A stretch of 64,000 bases of DNA from assembly GCA_963772365.1 (NCBI GenBank), contig CAVYXA010000001.1:224001-288000 (forward strand), written 5' to 3'. The position numbers and the translations under genes were made by a program. Below, piece after piece: positions 1 through 10,210 of the stretch. Origin of the DNA: an uncultured Verrucomicrobiae bacterium (GTDB lineage: Bacteria > Verrucomicrobiota > Verrucomicrobiia > Chthoniobacterales > UBA10450). The notes beneath the pieces are model-generated. The model did no database searches. It had not been told where the DNA came from and saw only the letters and a program-made list of their open reading frames with translations. Numbering within the stretch: position 1 is the stretch's first letter; each line of letters begins with the position of its first letter.

Positions 1-1
1 T

Positions 2-196
2 GGCCTGCCCCAGAAAGATTGTTACGTCAATGTGCTGCGGGACGCAATGAGTGTCGATTCGCTCGATTCGTGCGGAATTTATTTTGGTACAACTGGTGGA
101 CAAGTGTATGCGTCGGCTGATTCAGGCGATTCGTGGGTTCCGATTGTACGTGATCTGCCGGCGGTGCTTTCTGTGGAAGTGCAAACACTGAAATGA
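2..196 (+). CDS. 3' end of a BNR/Asp-box repeat (sialidase-like) beta-propeller protein, partial
   Basis: Manual translation [16 protein letters not shown]...[17 protein letters not shown]...VQTLK*; Asp-box SxDxGxSW; TGA overlaps the next ATG (ATGA). Confidence 0.8.
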   Translation, partial: GLPQKDCYVNVLRDAMSVDSLDSCGIYFGTTGGQVYASADSGDSWVPIVRDLPAVLSVEVQTLK

Positions 197-489
197 TTCG
201 CGTCATTCTGCCGCATCACTTGCGAACGCTGGCGAAAGTGGGCGACGAAGTCGTTGTCGATCTTAACGGCTCAGCCACCGTGACGTCGGTGCTCGATGCG
301 CTCGAGGCAAAATATCCCATGCTGCGCGGGACGATGCGCGAGCATGGAACACTCAAGCGCCGGTCGCTCGTCCGATTCTTCGCCTGCGGCGAAGATATTT
401 CCCATCAGAGGCCGGACGCTGCTCTGCCCGACGCAATTGCGAACGGCAGCGAGCCTTTCATCGTGATCGGCGCAATCGCGGGGGGTTAG
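193..489 (+). CDS. MoaD/ThiS family ubiquitin-like sulfur carrier
   Basis: 98 aa ending in AIAGG. Confidence 0.9.
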   Translation: MIRVILPHHLRTLAKVGDEVVVDLNGSATVTSVLDALEAKYPMLRGTMREHGTLKRRSLVRFFACGEDISHQRPDAALPDAIANGSEPFIVIGAIAGG

Positions 490-1076
490 CTGACTTTTCC
501 GGCTAGCCCGAGTCGGTCGGCATCAGATTGGAGCGCTTTGATTATTTCCGCGATTACGTCATCGAGTGGAAGGCCCAGTTGTTCCGCACCGCGTCTGATG
601 TCGTCCCGATTCACCGCCCGGGCAAAAGCCTTGTCCTTCATCTTCTTTTTCACCGCAGCAACATCGACATCGGCGATGTTCTTGGTCGGCCGAACCAGGG
701 CAACGGCAATAACGAAGCTGCTCAGTTCATCGACTGCATAGAGTGTTTTCTCCAGCGGGGTTTCGCGAGAAACACCTGCGTAATTCGCGTGAGATAGGAT
801 CGCGCGACAAATCTCGTCGCTCCAACCATTCTCCCGGAGCCAGGCCACCCCGACGAATGGATGACCCTCCGTTGGATTCTGTTCCATGTTGGGATGGCGT
901 TCGTAGTCCATATCGTGAAGAAGGCCGACCGCTTCCCACAGGTCGACATTTTCACCGCGCGATTGTGCGAGCTGTTTCATCGAATCAGCCACCGCGTAGC
1001 AATGTTTGCGCAGGCTTTCTGATTTCACCCATTCGTGCAGGATTTCCAAAGCGCGTGGAGCAACTGGTTCATTCAT
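486..1076 (-). CDS. HD-domain (HDIG-like) phosphohydrolase
   Basis: RKHC...GLLHDMD...H...SH...DE motifs; start set at MNEPV. Confidence 0.85.
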   Translation of the reverse strand: MNEPVAPRALEILHEWVKSESLRKHCYAVADSMKQLAQSRGENVDLWEAVGLLHDMDYERHPNMEQNPTEGHPFVGVAWLRENGWSDEICRAILSHANYAGVSRETPLEKTLYAVDELSSFVIAVALVRPTKNIADVDVAAVKKKMKDKAFARAVNRDDIRRGAEQLGLPLDDVIAEIIKALQSDADRLGLAGKVS

Positions 1077-1080
1077 CGGA

Positions 1081-1545
1081 TCAAACATCCCGTCGCATGA
1101 TGATTGAATCCGGCCTTGCTTCGGCAACTTTAAATCCGAAGCGCTCGTAAAGCCTTAGCACAGGCTTCCCCGCAACGAAACTGACCGAAATCGTTGATTG
1201 CTCCGGATGCTTGCGGACCAAGTGAGTGAGCAGCGCACTCCCGATTCCGCGGCCGCGATAACCGGGTTTTACAGCAAAAGCGAGCTCGGGCGGCGGGTTG
1301 GTGTCAGTCGTACCGGCCGGTTTCCGGAGCCAGACGGCGCCCAAAAATGACGCATACTTTTTGTCCTCCGCCACAAAACCGGTGTCCCCGGCCCGACCCC
1401 ATCCCTGGACATATCGAGAAAACTCCGGACGCCGGATAATGTCTCGTGGGGGATCGCTTTGACCAATGCGAGAGAGCCCTTGATACAAAATTTCCCACAG
1501 AATCGGTTCATCCTCAGCTCCAAGTGGGCGAATTACATAATCCAT
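1081..1545 (-). CDS. GNAT family acetyltransferase
   Basis: AVKPGYRGRGIGSALL and LYERFGF motifs. Confidence 0.9.
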   Translation of the reverse strand: MDYVIRPLGAEDEPILWEILYQGLSRIGQSDPPRDIIRRPEFSRYVQGWGRAGDTGFVAEDKKYASFLGAVWLRKPAGTTDTNPPPELAFAVKPGYRGRGIGSALLTHLVRKHPEQSTISVSFVAGKPVLRLYERFGFKVAEARPDSIIMRRDV

Positions 1546-1695
1546 TTCTCAACATCTCCGAATCCTTGAAGTTCGCTGAAGCGACGTGAAATAGCAAAAG
1601 CGATGGCAGTGGCGAAGAGCGAATCTGTTTCACAGTTTTCGTAAATCGAATGGGAACAATGCGCTAGTCCGCAAGAGCTGCTATCGTCGAGCTCG

Positions 1696-2516
1696 ATGCA
1701 AACCGAACGCGATTATGTTTTGGGAACGCACGAGCAGGAACTCGTGCGACTTGGGCTGCAGCATCGCATTTGGCGGTCGGTAGTGTTGGATTGCTGGCGG
1801 CGCGCCGGCATCACCGTAGGTAAACACGTATCGATGTCGGTGCCGGTCCCGGCTATGCCGCTGTCGATCTTGCCGAGACTGTGGGCCCGACTGGTGAAGT
1901 CGTGGCGCTGGAAAGATCGCAGAATTTTGTAAAGACGATGCGGGAAACGTGCCGCGATCGCGGCTTGACCAATCTCAAAATCCACGAAGTCGATCTGATG
2001 ATCGACGAGATCCCGAGAGTTGATTATGACTTTTCCTGGTGCCGCTGGGTCATGTCCTTCGTTTCCGACCCGGCGCTGCTGATCAAGAAACTCGGTAAGG
2101 CGATGCCTCGTGGCGGCATCTTGATCTTTCACGAGTACGGACATTATGAAACGTGGCGTTATCTACCCCGGTTGCCGAGCCAGGAAGAATTCCGTGGACA
2201 TGTGATTGATACCTGGCGCGCATCGGGTGGCGAACCGGATGCGGGCGCGACTCTGCCCGCGTTACTCTTCGAAAACGATTTCCGCATTCGATCGATGCGC
2301 CCGCACGTTTTCTGCGTTCGTCCGACTGATTACATGTGGCAATGGCCGGCCACGTTTATCGACGTATATCTGCCCCGTTTGCAGGAGATGGGGAGAATCG
2401 ATCAAACGTTTGTCGAGAGGATGCGGAGGGAGCTTTCCGAAGCGACGGCGAATCCAGACTCGTTCATGATCACGCCGCTCGTCTTGGAAATTATTGCGGA
2501 GAAACCGTCGGCCTGA
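1696..2516 (+). CDS. Class I SAM-dependent methyltransferase (frameshift near 1830)
   Basis: N-terminus DYVLG..ELVRL continues in another frame as DVGAGPGYA..DLAE.VGPTGEV; split over two ORFs. Confidence 0.8.
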
Positions 2517-2565
2517 AGTTTTTACTCGATTTTTCCAGCGGACTTGTTCTAAGCTCGACAGTGCT

Positions 2566-3264
2566 ATGGATTTGAGGGGAATCAGTATCGCTTTCCTCGG
2601 TTTGATCGCCCTGGTTTTCTGCGGCCCGGCTCAGGCGATCAGTCCTGGCCAGCTGGACGATTTTCAGGATGGAACGACGCAAAATTGGACCAATGGCGGA
2701 GCTCCAGGCGCGCCGCCGGTGGTGAACGTCGATGGTGGCCCGGGCGGACCCGGCGATCGCTACATCCAAGTTACATCAGTCGAGGAGCCCCCCGGCGATC
2801 GGCTGACCACATTCAATCGCGATCAGTGGCTGGGCGATTATATCGCCACGGGCGTGACTGCGATTGAAATGGACCTTTTGAACATGAGTGATGTGACGCT
2901 CTCGATCCGGATCGCATTCAAAGCCGAGCTCTCTCCCTCTTCGCCCGGTTACCTTTCGCAAGCAATCGTCCTCGCGCCGGGAAGCGGCTGGCAACACATG
3001 GTCTTCTCGCTCGCCGAAGCGGACCTGATACCCATAGGCGCTCCGCCCGATTATAATAGCTTCTTTTCATCGGGAATTGTCGAAACGCGCATCATTAATG
3101 AAATGGGCGACACGAATCTGAACGGTGACATCGTCATTGGGCAGCTTGGGATCGACAATATTCATGCGGTACCGGAGCCGAGTTCATTTGCTCTTGGCGT
3201 TCTCGGTCTCATGGCAACAGCGATTGTGTCGCTTTGGCTGAAATCGCGACGGCGCCGTTTCTAG
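2566..3264 (+). CDS. PEP-CTERM sorting domain protein
   Basis: Signal peptide; C-terminal VPEPSS + TM helix + RRRRF. Confidence 0.9.
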   Translation: MDLRGISIAFLGLIALVFCGPAQAISPGQLDDFQDGTTQNWTNGGAPGAPPVVNVDGGPGGPGDRYIQVTSVEEPPGDRLTTFNRDQWLGDYIATGVTAIEMDLLNMSDVTLSIRIAFKAELSPSSPGYLSQAIVLAPGSGWQHMVFSLAEADLIPIGAPPDYNSFFSSGIVETRIINEMGDTNLNGDIVIGQLGIDNIHAVPEPSSFALGVLGLMATAIVSLWLKSRRRRF

Positions 3265-3400
3265 ATTCGAATTCAAACTCGACCGGCCACAAGCGCAAAG
3301 CTCAGCAGCCCCTGGTCAGATCTTCGGATCGCCCCGCCAGTATCCGCTGATTGAACATTCTCTCTTCAACGTTAAACGTTGAGGATTCTCCTAATTCCCA

Positions 3401-4099
3401 ATGAACATTTGGATCGGCACATCTGGCTTTCAGTACACCGAATGGAAAGGCAATTTTTACCCGGAAGATCTGCCAACGGCCAAGATGCTGCCGTTTTATG
3501 CCGAGCGACTGAACACGACCGAGATCAACTACACATTTCATCGAATTCCATCGATCAAGACCATCGACAACTGGAACAAACTCACACCGGCGAAATTTCG
3601 GTTCGCCCTCAAAGCGCCGCAGAAAGTGACACATTGGGCCAAGTTAAAAAATTGCGCCGATACCATGCGCTTCTTTTGCGATACGATTTCGAATCTCGGC
3701 GAGAAACTCGGGCCGGTGCTGTTTCAGCTCCCGCCAAATTTCAAAAAGGACACATTTGTCCTTGCCGATTTCGTGAATTGCTTCCCCGACGAGCTTTTGG
3801 CCGCCTTTGAGTTTCGGCACGAATCGTGGTTCGCCGATGATGTCTGGGAGATACTCAAATCGCGCAGCGTCGCGTTCTGTTTGAATGAAACTGCTGACTT
3901 TGCCGCGCCCAAAGTTTCCACTGCCGATTACGGCTACCTGCGTCTTCGCCGGGAAGACTACGAAAAGGTCGACATCGAACGCTGGTCCGATTTCGTGAAA
4001 GAGCAGAAAACAAAGTGGAAAGACGTGTTCATCTACTTCAAACATGAAGACGCAGGCATCGGGCCAAAGCTTGCTGGGCAAATGCAGGAGATGCTGTGA
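3401..4099 (+). CDS. DUF72 domain protein
   Basis: IGTSGFQY..W.G.FYP, EINYTF, LGPVLFQLPP, EFRHESW. Confidence 0.92.
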   Translation: MNIWIGTSGFQYTEWKGNFYPEDLPTAKMLPFYAERLNTTEINYTFHRIPSIKTIDNWNKLTPAKFRFALKAPQKVTHWAKLKNCADTMRFFCDTISNLGEKLGPVLFQLPPNFKKDTFVLADFVNCFPDELLAAFEFRHESWFADDVWEILKSRSVAFCLNETADFAAPKVSTADYGYLRLRREDYEKVDIERWSDFVKEQKTKWKDVFIYFKHEDAGIGPKLAGQMQEML

Positions 4100-4126
4100 A
4101 ATTGTCGATCTAGAAGAGCAGGGACG

Positions 4127-4804
4127 CTAACTCACCTTGACTCCGTTTGCATCGATTGGGAGCTGTGACAGGTCCCAGTTACCGCGCGCAATCTCTGCTT
4201 TGAAGCATTTGGTGCGATAAACCGTCCCATGCAGAATCGGGTTGGCATGATTGGCCAGCCAGTTTTGTCGGACGTCGACGTATTGCTCGATCCATTTCCG
4301 CTCCCGGCCACCTTCGACTGGTGGCGCTTCGGGGAAGCGTCGCCGTAAGAAAGAGAGGATACCGCCGCTATGCACGAAGGAATCATAGATGACAAGCCCC
4401 GAGAGCGCTTCGACGAACCCATAATCGGTCGCCCATTTTATTGCCGGATCGAAGTAGGCCTTATCGAAGAATGCATCCTGAACGCTCCGCATAACCGCAT
4501 CTTTGGCGGCTTTTTTCAGTAGCCCCTTGAAATCACTATCGTCCACCAATGCCTCGTGTCCGATTTTGCTCACATACGGTTTTAGATCCTTACTGAACTG
4601 ACCATCTGCTGCGACATACATCGCTACGAGCTCACCGAGATGGCCGTATTCCGTAGTCTGCGAGCGGCCATAGGTGACCTGCCGGATATGAGCGGGACCA
4701 TCTTTGTAGATCGAGATGTTACTGTAATCGCCATCCGCCGTGCCGGTCTCGAAGGCGTTCACCACGTGCTCAATAATGCGCTTCTGCTGCGGGGTTAGAA
4801 TCAT
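4127..4804 (-). CDS. Chitosanase (GH46)/lysozyme-fold glycoside hydrolase
   Basis: FETG...Y..I..Y.DG....TYG...TT and YDSFVHSG pattern; no signal peptide. Confidence 0.75.
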   Translation of the reverse strand: MILTPQQKRIIEHVVNAFETGTADGDYSNISIYKDGPAHIRQVTYGRSQTTEYGHLGELVAMYVAADGQFSKDLKPYVSKIGHEALVDDSDFKGLLKKAAKDAVMRSVQDAFFDKAYFDPAIKWATDYGFVEALSGLVIYDSFVHSGGILSFLRRRFPEAPPVEGGRERKWIEQYVDVRQNWLANHANPILHGTVYRTKCFKAEIARGNWDLSQLPIDANGVKVS

Positions 4805-4805
4805 T

Positions 4806-5285
4806 TTATTCCTTTCGCTCAGTTGCTTTGATTTTTGTCTGAAGTCGGTGCTGCAGTGTGGCGATTCGCTTCGCCGTTATTTCATTGAACGCGGCATTGT
4901 ATTCCAAGATGGCTAATGAACAGCTTTTCGATTGTACCTGCTTCTCAGCCCAAGCTGGGCGCTCGTGCAACCATTTTTTTTGCTCGGCCAAAAGCTGACG
5001 CTGCTCTTGCGGTTGAAGTCTGGCAAAGAGCTGCACGTAAACGATGAAAACTTCGGCATCGTAGATATCGGACAAGCGTCCGGAGAGATCATTTAATCGT
5101 TGCTGTCCAGCACGCGACTGTTCATTGGGCTGGAGTTGGTTCTTGTAGTCCGTTTCAACATCACTCAACGATGGGTGCCAGTCGGTGGGAATCATTTTTT
5201 CATTGGCGGCTAAGGCGGTTCCGAGTGCGAGCGTTAAAACAGGGATCAAGATGGCCGCGCTGGAAGTACTTTTCGCGTGCGTCAT
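4806..5285 (-). CDS. Exported LprI/DUF1311 lysozyme-inhibitor-like protein
   Basis: Signal peptide; L.AEQKKWL.ER...SLA.LEY....T.KR...L pattern. Confidence 0.7.
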   Translation of the reverse strand: MTHAKSTSSAAILIPVLTLALGTALAANEKMIPTDWHPSLSDVETDYKNQLQPNEQSRAGQQRLNDLSGRLSDIYDAEVFIVYVQLFARLQPQEQRQLLAEQKKWLHERPAWAEKQVQSKSCSLAILEYNAAFNEITAKRIATLQHRLQTKIKATERKE

Positions 5286-5392
5286 ACGGGCAGATTGCAC
5301 CATTTTGGTCGCAACGGGCAAGTCATTGCTGGGACCTGTGAACGGAGTTTTAGCGTTGGCACGTTATGCACCTGTCCTACAATTGACGGCGG

Positions 5393-6061
5393 ATGAAGAT
5401 TTTCATCACTGGCGGCACGGGATACATCGGCAGCCGGCTGATTCCGGTTTTGGCCGGAAGGCGACATGAAGTGAAAGCTCTTGTTCGATCCGGCTCGGAA
5501 AAGAAGCTGCCGGCGACTGCGGTAGGGGTGATTGGGGACGCTTTGAAGATGGATTCGTACACGGAGCACGTGCGCGGTTCGGAGACATTTGTCCATTTGA
5601 TAGGAACACCACACCCCAGTCCGGCAAAGGCGCAACAATTTCGCGATGTCGATCTTGTTTCGATCCGGGTCGCAATTAAAGCCGCGCGCGACGCGGGCGT
5701 TCGGCATTTCGTTTACCTAAGCGTGGCACATCCGGCCCCAATAATGAAAGTGTTCATCGAAGTTCGCTGTGCGGGTGAAGCGATGATTCGTGAAAGCGGG
5801 ATTCCGGCTACCTTTGTGCGACCGTGGTATGTGCTTGGCCCGGGTCACAGGTGGGCGTATTTAATTCTGCCGATGTATTGGATTTTCCAATGGATTCCGA
5901 AGACTAGAGAATCTGCGCATCGGCTCGGCCTAATCACGATTGATCAGATTCTCAACGCGTTAGTTTGGTCGATCGAAAATCCGCCGAATCAAACGCGGAT
6001 TGTGGATGTTAACCAAATTCGCGAGCTTGATCGGCAACGGATTATTTCCCGATCAAAATAA
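5393..6061 (+). CDS. NAD(P)-dependent epimerase/dehydratase (SDR)
   Basis: MKIFITGGTGYIG Rossmann motif. Confidence 0.9.
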   Translation: MKIFITGGTGYIGSRLIPVLAGRRHEVKALVRSGSEKKLPATAVGVIGDALKMDSYTEHVRGSETFVHLIGTPHPSPAKAQQFRDVDLVSIRVAIKAARDAGVRHFVYLSVAHPAPIMKVFIEVRCAGEAMIRESGIPATFVRPWYVLGPGHRWAYLILPMYWIFQWIPKTRESAHRLGLITIDQILNALVWSIENPPNQTRIVDVNQIRELDRQRIISRSK

Positions 6062-6194
6062 GAATTCCTGCGGCGATTGCGATCAGGTAGAGCAGAAAAA
6101 TCAACGGCCCAACATTTAGACCAAAGCCAAGAAGGCCGTCGAAAATGAGGTAAATCGCAAGCAGAAGCATGCCTATACTTTTGGTGGTTTTCAT
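6042..6194 (-). CDS. Small 2-TM membrane protein
   Basis: MKTTKSIGMLLLAIYLI...IAAGILILIGK. Confidence 0.7.
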   Translation of the reverse strand: MKTTKSIGMLLLAIYLIFDGLLGFGLNVGPLIFLLYLIAIAAGILILIGK

Positions 6195-6308
6195 GCCGCA
6201 AATTATCTGGCTCCGGGGCGCCATCGACAATTCGAAAACGTCACCGAGGTACACCCGACCGGTCGGTGGCTGATTCGGAGAAGGGCGATCCTGCTCTTCC
6301 TCGGAAAG

Positions 6309-7886
6309 TTACAAAGTTTTGAGATACTCGATCAGATCGCGCTTTTCGTTATCGGTCAATTTCGTGCCGTAATCGTGGCCGGAATCTAAATTGCCTCGCG
6401 TGGTTGTATCAAAGAGATAGCCGCCCTCGTCCGTGTAGCCCAGTTCTTGTTCGTCAAAAACGCGCGAGCCGCGATGAAATGTGTTTGCGCGTTGCTCCGG
6501 TGGTGTGAGCAATTGCCGCATCGTGCGCACCGAACCGTTATGTAAATAGGGCGAGCGAGCCCAGACGCCGCTTAGGGACGGGGCAAAATATTTGCCGGTG
6601 CTGCGGACACCGACTTCTTTCGGAGGCTCGTAGCCTGCAAATTCGAGCTCGGCCAGAAACTTGTTGAAACCATCGGCAAGTTTTTGCGTGAACATCTCGG
6701 CCCGCTGCGGATCGGTTCCGATTTCGGAAATAGGATACAATCGCTTGTCGCTCTCCGGGCCGCCGTGACAGGAATTGCAATTGCTCGCGAAAATCGGCTC
6801 GCCGCGTTTTGCCGCGGCTTTGTCGATCTTGAACGGATAACGAGGCGGTCTGATTTTTTCGGATAAATCAGTCTGTCGCTTTACCAAAGCGAAATCGAGG
6901 TCGGGATGCTGTAAATGCATAGGCGCGCCGAGCCCGAGAGAAGCCAGCAAATTGCGAGATAACGGGGATTTGGTATTTCCGTCCCAGTGCACCCAGGTGC
7001 GTTGATCCACGTTCCAGACCAAACCGAACTTGATAGGGGAATACGGCTGAGGCGAATGGAGCAGACTGGCGGCCAGAAGTCCAAAGGCATCGTTACGTCC
7101 GGGCCCGGAAGCGGGCGGTGTTTTTTGCGGTGGTTGATCGGGAACGTGCAAAGCCGCGCGGATATTATGGAAAAGTTTCAACATCGAATGCGCTTTTTCC
7201 GCAAGATCGACATTCGGATCGAAGGATTGATCGACGTCACGATTGTCGATCTTATGCAATTCCCCCGGCTCGACGTCTTTTGCGCCGAACGGATCGTTTT
7301 GGATCGTTGCCATGATCTTAGATTTCTGATCTCGCCATGACTGCTCGAATGCTTTCGGGTCACCGCTTAGATATGCGCCAAGGAATCTTTTCATATTCGC
7401 CGGATCGGACGTCTTGAACGTCGCGATCAAGACCGAGCCAAAGAATCTTTCCACATCGAAATGACTCGTCACACCCAGAATTCGGATCGGCTCATTCGTG
7501 GATGTTGATGTGATTTGGGCAAAGTGGCACGACGCGCAATTGATCCCGACGGCAGATAAGCCGCCGAGATGTTTTACGTTTGTCCGGCTAAGTCCAATCG
7601 GCCAGCCGAAACCGGGATCTGAAATCAGACCGACGTGTGTAAAATCAGCTGTCGGAAATAAATCGGGATACGTTTTAATAAACGCCCGAAGCACGGCTTC
7701 CGGAAAAACTTCCGTGCCCATCGAGCCATGCAGAAAGAAATCCAGATCGCGCTTCGACCAAGTCGGAACCTGGGCGTTGTCGATTCCGTTCGAAGTCTCC
7801 GTCGTTGCGGCACTTGCACGGAATGCGAGCACGAGCACGATGGCGACCGCCAGACCCCTGCGAAACGCAAAGATTCCCCGCAGCAT
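6309..7886 (-). CDS. Exported di-heme cytochrome c (RoxA/MauG/peroxidase-like)
   Basis: Signal peptide; CASCH and CNSCH; PYLHNGSV; terminal GH.YG..L....K.DLIEYLKTL. Confidence 0.85.
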   Translation of the reverse strand: MLRGIFAFRRGLAVAIVLVLAFRASAATTETSNGIDNAQVPTWSKRDLDFFLHGSMGTEVFPEAVLRAFIKTYPDLFPTADFTHVGLISDPGFGWPIGLSRTNVKHLGGLSAVGINCASCHFAQITSTSTNEPIRILGVTSHFDVERFFGSVLIATFKTSDPANMKRFLGAYLSGDPKAFEQSWRDQKSKIMATIQNDPFGAKDVEPGELHKIDNRDVDQSFDPNVDLAEKAHSMLKLFHNIRAALHVPDQPPQKTPPASGPGRNDAFGLLAASLLHSPQPYSPIKFGLVWNVDQRTWVHWDGNTKSPLSRNLLASLGLGAPMHLQHPDLDFALVKRQTDLSEKIRPPRYPFKIDKAAAKRGEPIFASNCNSCHGGPESDKRLYPISEIGTDPQRAEMFTQKLADGFNKFLAELEFAGYEPPKEVGVRSTGKYFAPSLSGVWARSPYLHNGSVRTMRQLLTPPEQRANTFHRGSRVFDEQELGYTDEGGYLFDTTTRGNLDSGHDYGTKLTDNEKRDLIEYLKTL

Positions 7887-8008
7887 CGGCCCTGGCTCAG
7901 CGAAATCGATCAAAACATCTCACCTATGCGCGACGATACCTGGCTGTGGAGGGGAAGCGATCGGCTTCCCACTGCCACGCTGGAAAAATTTTTTAACGAG
8001 AGCGCGAA

Positions 8009-8287
8009 TTAGCGAATATGCCCGGAGACCAGTTTGGTCATCTCGAACATGCTCACCTGGCTCTTGCCGTTGAATACCGGCCGAAGAGCGTCGTCCGCGT
8101 TGATTTGTGTTCTCTTTTTCTTGTCCTGAAGACCGTTTTTCTTGATGTAGTCCCAGAGTTTTTTCGTTAGCTCGGAACGGGGCAACGGCCTCGAACCGAC
8201 GACTGCTGCGAGCTTGTCGTCCGGTTGGACTGGTCTCATGAAGGCGGGATTTGGCTTGCGCTTGGAAGTTTTTTTGGTTTTCGGCAT
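8009..8287 (-). CDS. Stand-alone SWIB/MDM2 domain protein
   Basis: LAAVVG..PLPR....KKLWDYIKKNGLQD...INADD.L..VF. Confidence 0.92.
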   Translation of the reverse strand: MPKTKKTSKRKPNPAFMRPVQPDDKLAAVVGSRPLPRSELTKKLWDYIKKNGLQDKKKRTQINADDALRPVFNGKSQVSMFEMTKLVSGHIR

Positions 8288-8353
8288 AAAGGCTGATTAC
8301 TGCTTCCCTCGTGAGACGGTCAACACAAAAGTTTGCGAAACAAAAAAAATTTC

Positions 8354-9520
8354 CTAGTCCGCTCGCCGCACGGCCACGGCTGCCAGATCATCGGGCAATG
8401 AGCTTCCTTCCTCATCCGGAGCGGCTTCATTGAGCAAACGGGCCAGCAACGCTTCCGCATTGGCCGCAGAGGAATCCAGCATTTTGCCTAACTGTTCTGG
8501 ACCAAGTCGCGGGCGTCCGGTTTTTATTCCGCCAAATAATCCATCGGTATAGAGAAGAAAGGCATCGCCCAGTTCGAGATCGACATCGCTTTCGGCGAGC
8601 TGTGGATGTTCGATTAAACCGAGAGGGGGCATGCTCGAGGGAACCGCCTCCACGCTTCCGTTTTTTCGTGAAATCAACAGGGGCGGATGGCCTGCCCCGG
8701 CTACACTCAGGCGCCCACTCTTGGTATCCAGGGTGACGCACATAGCGGTCATGAACGAACGCGCACCGAAAATGCCGCGGAACTCATTATTGACGGCCTT
8801 CATAATCGCCGCCGGCGAATCGTGCTCGGCACTGCCGTGATGAAAAAGGAGTTTGGCCAGGGTCGTCATCAAGGCGGCAGAAGCGCCATGACCGGTAGCG
8901 TCCGCAATCCAAAACAACATGCGATCGTCCTTCAGGCGCAGCCATCCGTAAATGTCGCCGCCGACTTGAATTACTGGCCGGTAGCAGGCTGCGATCTGCC
9001 AACCGGTTACAATCGGCGGTTTTTGCGGAATAAGCGATTGCTGGGTAAGCCGGGCAGCCTCGAGATCTCGTTCGAGATTCCCCCGCCAAGCCTCCAATTC
9101 CTGATTCTGGCGTTCGAGCTGCCGGCGCATCGAGCGGAGACGCAGGTGTGTCTCGATACGTGCCCGCAAGACCGCGCTCTTGATCGGCTTGGTGACGAAA
9201 TCATCGGCCCCCGCTTCTAAACAGAGGATTTCGCTCTCCTGGCCGCCATGCCCGGTTAGCATGATGGCAGGAAGTTGCGCCACCGCCGGGTCGGGATCGC
9301 TTCGCAACTCGTTGAGGACCTGCGCTCCGTTCATCCCGGGCATTTCGAAATCAAGGAGAAGCAGGGAGGGCGGCGTCGTTCGAACCAGCTCCAAAGCCTT
9401 GCTGCCGTTTTCGGCTTCGCGACAGTCATAACCCGATGCGGTCAACGCGCGCACCAGCATTTTACGGCTGGCGGCATCATCATCGACAATTAAGATTTTA
9501 CCGTTGGAATTTTTCGACAT
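8354..9520 (-). CDS. Response regulator receiver + PP2C (SpoIIE/RsbU-like) phosphatase
   Basis: ILIVDDD...LLD..MP; GGDIY, ADATGHG, YTDG, DD motifs. Confidence 0.92.
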   Translation of the reverse strand: MSKNSNGKILIVDDDAASRKMLVRALTASGYDCREAENGSKALELVRTTPPSLLLLDFEMPGMNGAQVLNELRSDPDPAVAQLPAIMLTGHGGQESEILCLEAGADDFVTKPIKSAVLRARIETHLRLRSMRRQLERQNQELEAWRGNLERDLEAARLTQQSLIPQKPPIVTGWQIAACYRPVIQVGGDIYGWLRLKDDRMLFWIADATGHGASAALMTTLAKLLFHHGSAEHDSPAAIMKAVNNEFRGIFGARSFMTAMCVTLDTKSGRLSVAGAGHPPLLISRKNGSVEAVPSSMPPLGLIEHPQLAESDVDLELGDAFLLYTDGLFGGIKTGRPRLGPEQLGKMLDSSAANAEALLARLLNEAAPDEEGSSLPDDLAAVAVRRAD

Positions 9521-9694
9521 CTCTTCTTTTGATTCGAACGGACGGCAAGCCGTTACTGTATGCTGTGGCTATTTTAGAGTCGGCAAACGCAGTGCGGCGT
9601 GGCCGGACGCACCCTCGTATTCCAAAACACGCTCGATTTATTGATTGGCAATGAACAGGAGTCGAGATATTTTTTTGGTCATCCAACCGGTTTT

Positions 9695-10081
9695 ATGAAA
9701 TCCTCGCTATCGATTCTGTTGCTTTCAGCTTTCTTTATTTCAGCATGTGAAGAGGAAGCACCGCCTCCCAGAGCTCATCACCATGCTGCCCGTTACCCCG
9801 CGATGCCACCGCAGGAATACCCACCTCAACAACAGCCATTTAATCCGAATGCGCCGCCGACTCCTACACCCGGAATGGAAGCAATCGTCGCTCCGACCCC
9901 TACGGCTGCGCCCACGAAGGCGGCGGCCAGAGGCGATCATCCTTACGGGATACCTGTCCCCGGCAAACCGCATGTGGTCGAAAGCCCTTATTCTCCGGGT
10001 AAATATGTGGACGTCGAAGGTTTTCCGCCGGGCACAGAAGTGAAAGATCCATACACCGGAAAGATCTTTCTTGTCCCGTAA
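9695..10081 (+). CDS. Proline-rich lipoprotein
   Basis: Lipobox ISAC; C-terminal [29 protein letters not shown]. Confidence 0.75.
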   Translation: MKSSLSILLLSAFFISACEEEAPPPRAHHHAARYPAMPPQEYPPQQQPFNPNAPPTPTPGMEAIVAPTPTAAPTKAAARGDHPYGIPVPGKPHVVESPYSPGKYVDVEGFPPGTEVKDPYTGKIFLVP

Positions 10082-10210
10082 AGCTCGGACTGCGGAAACC
10101 GGCTTGCGGCTGCTGATGGATTCCAGATACTGATGCTGGATTCTCTGCGCAGCATTGCTCATTCGTAATCTGGCAATCCGGCGTCGAGCATCCAGTCATC
10201 GAGCTACCCC

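Noticed and set aside
10100..10205. Short GATGCTGGA/GCATCCAG motifs before aroA (similarly TTCAACG/CGTTGA near 3365)
   Set aside because: Too short and degenerate to call a repeat element or RNA with confidence
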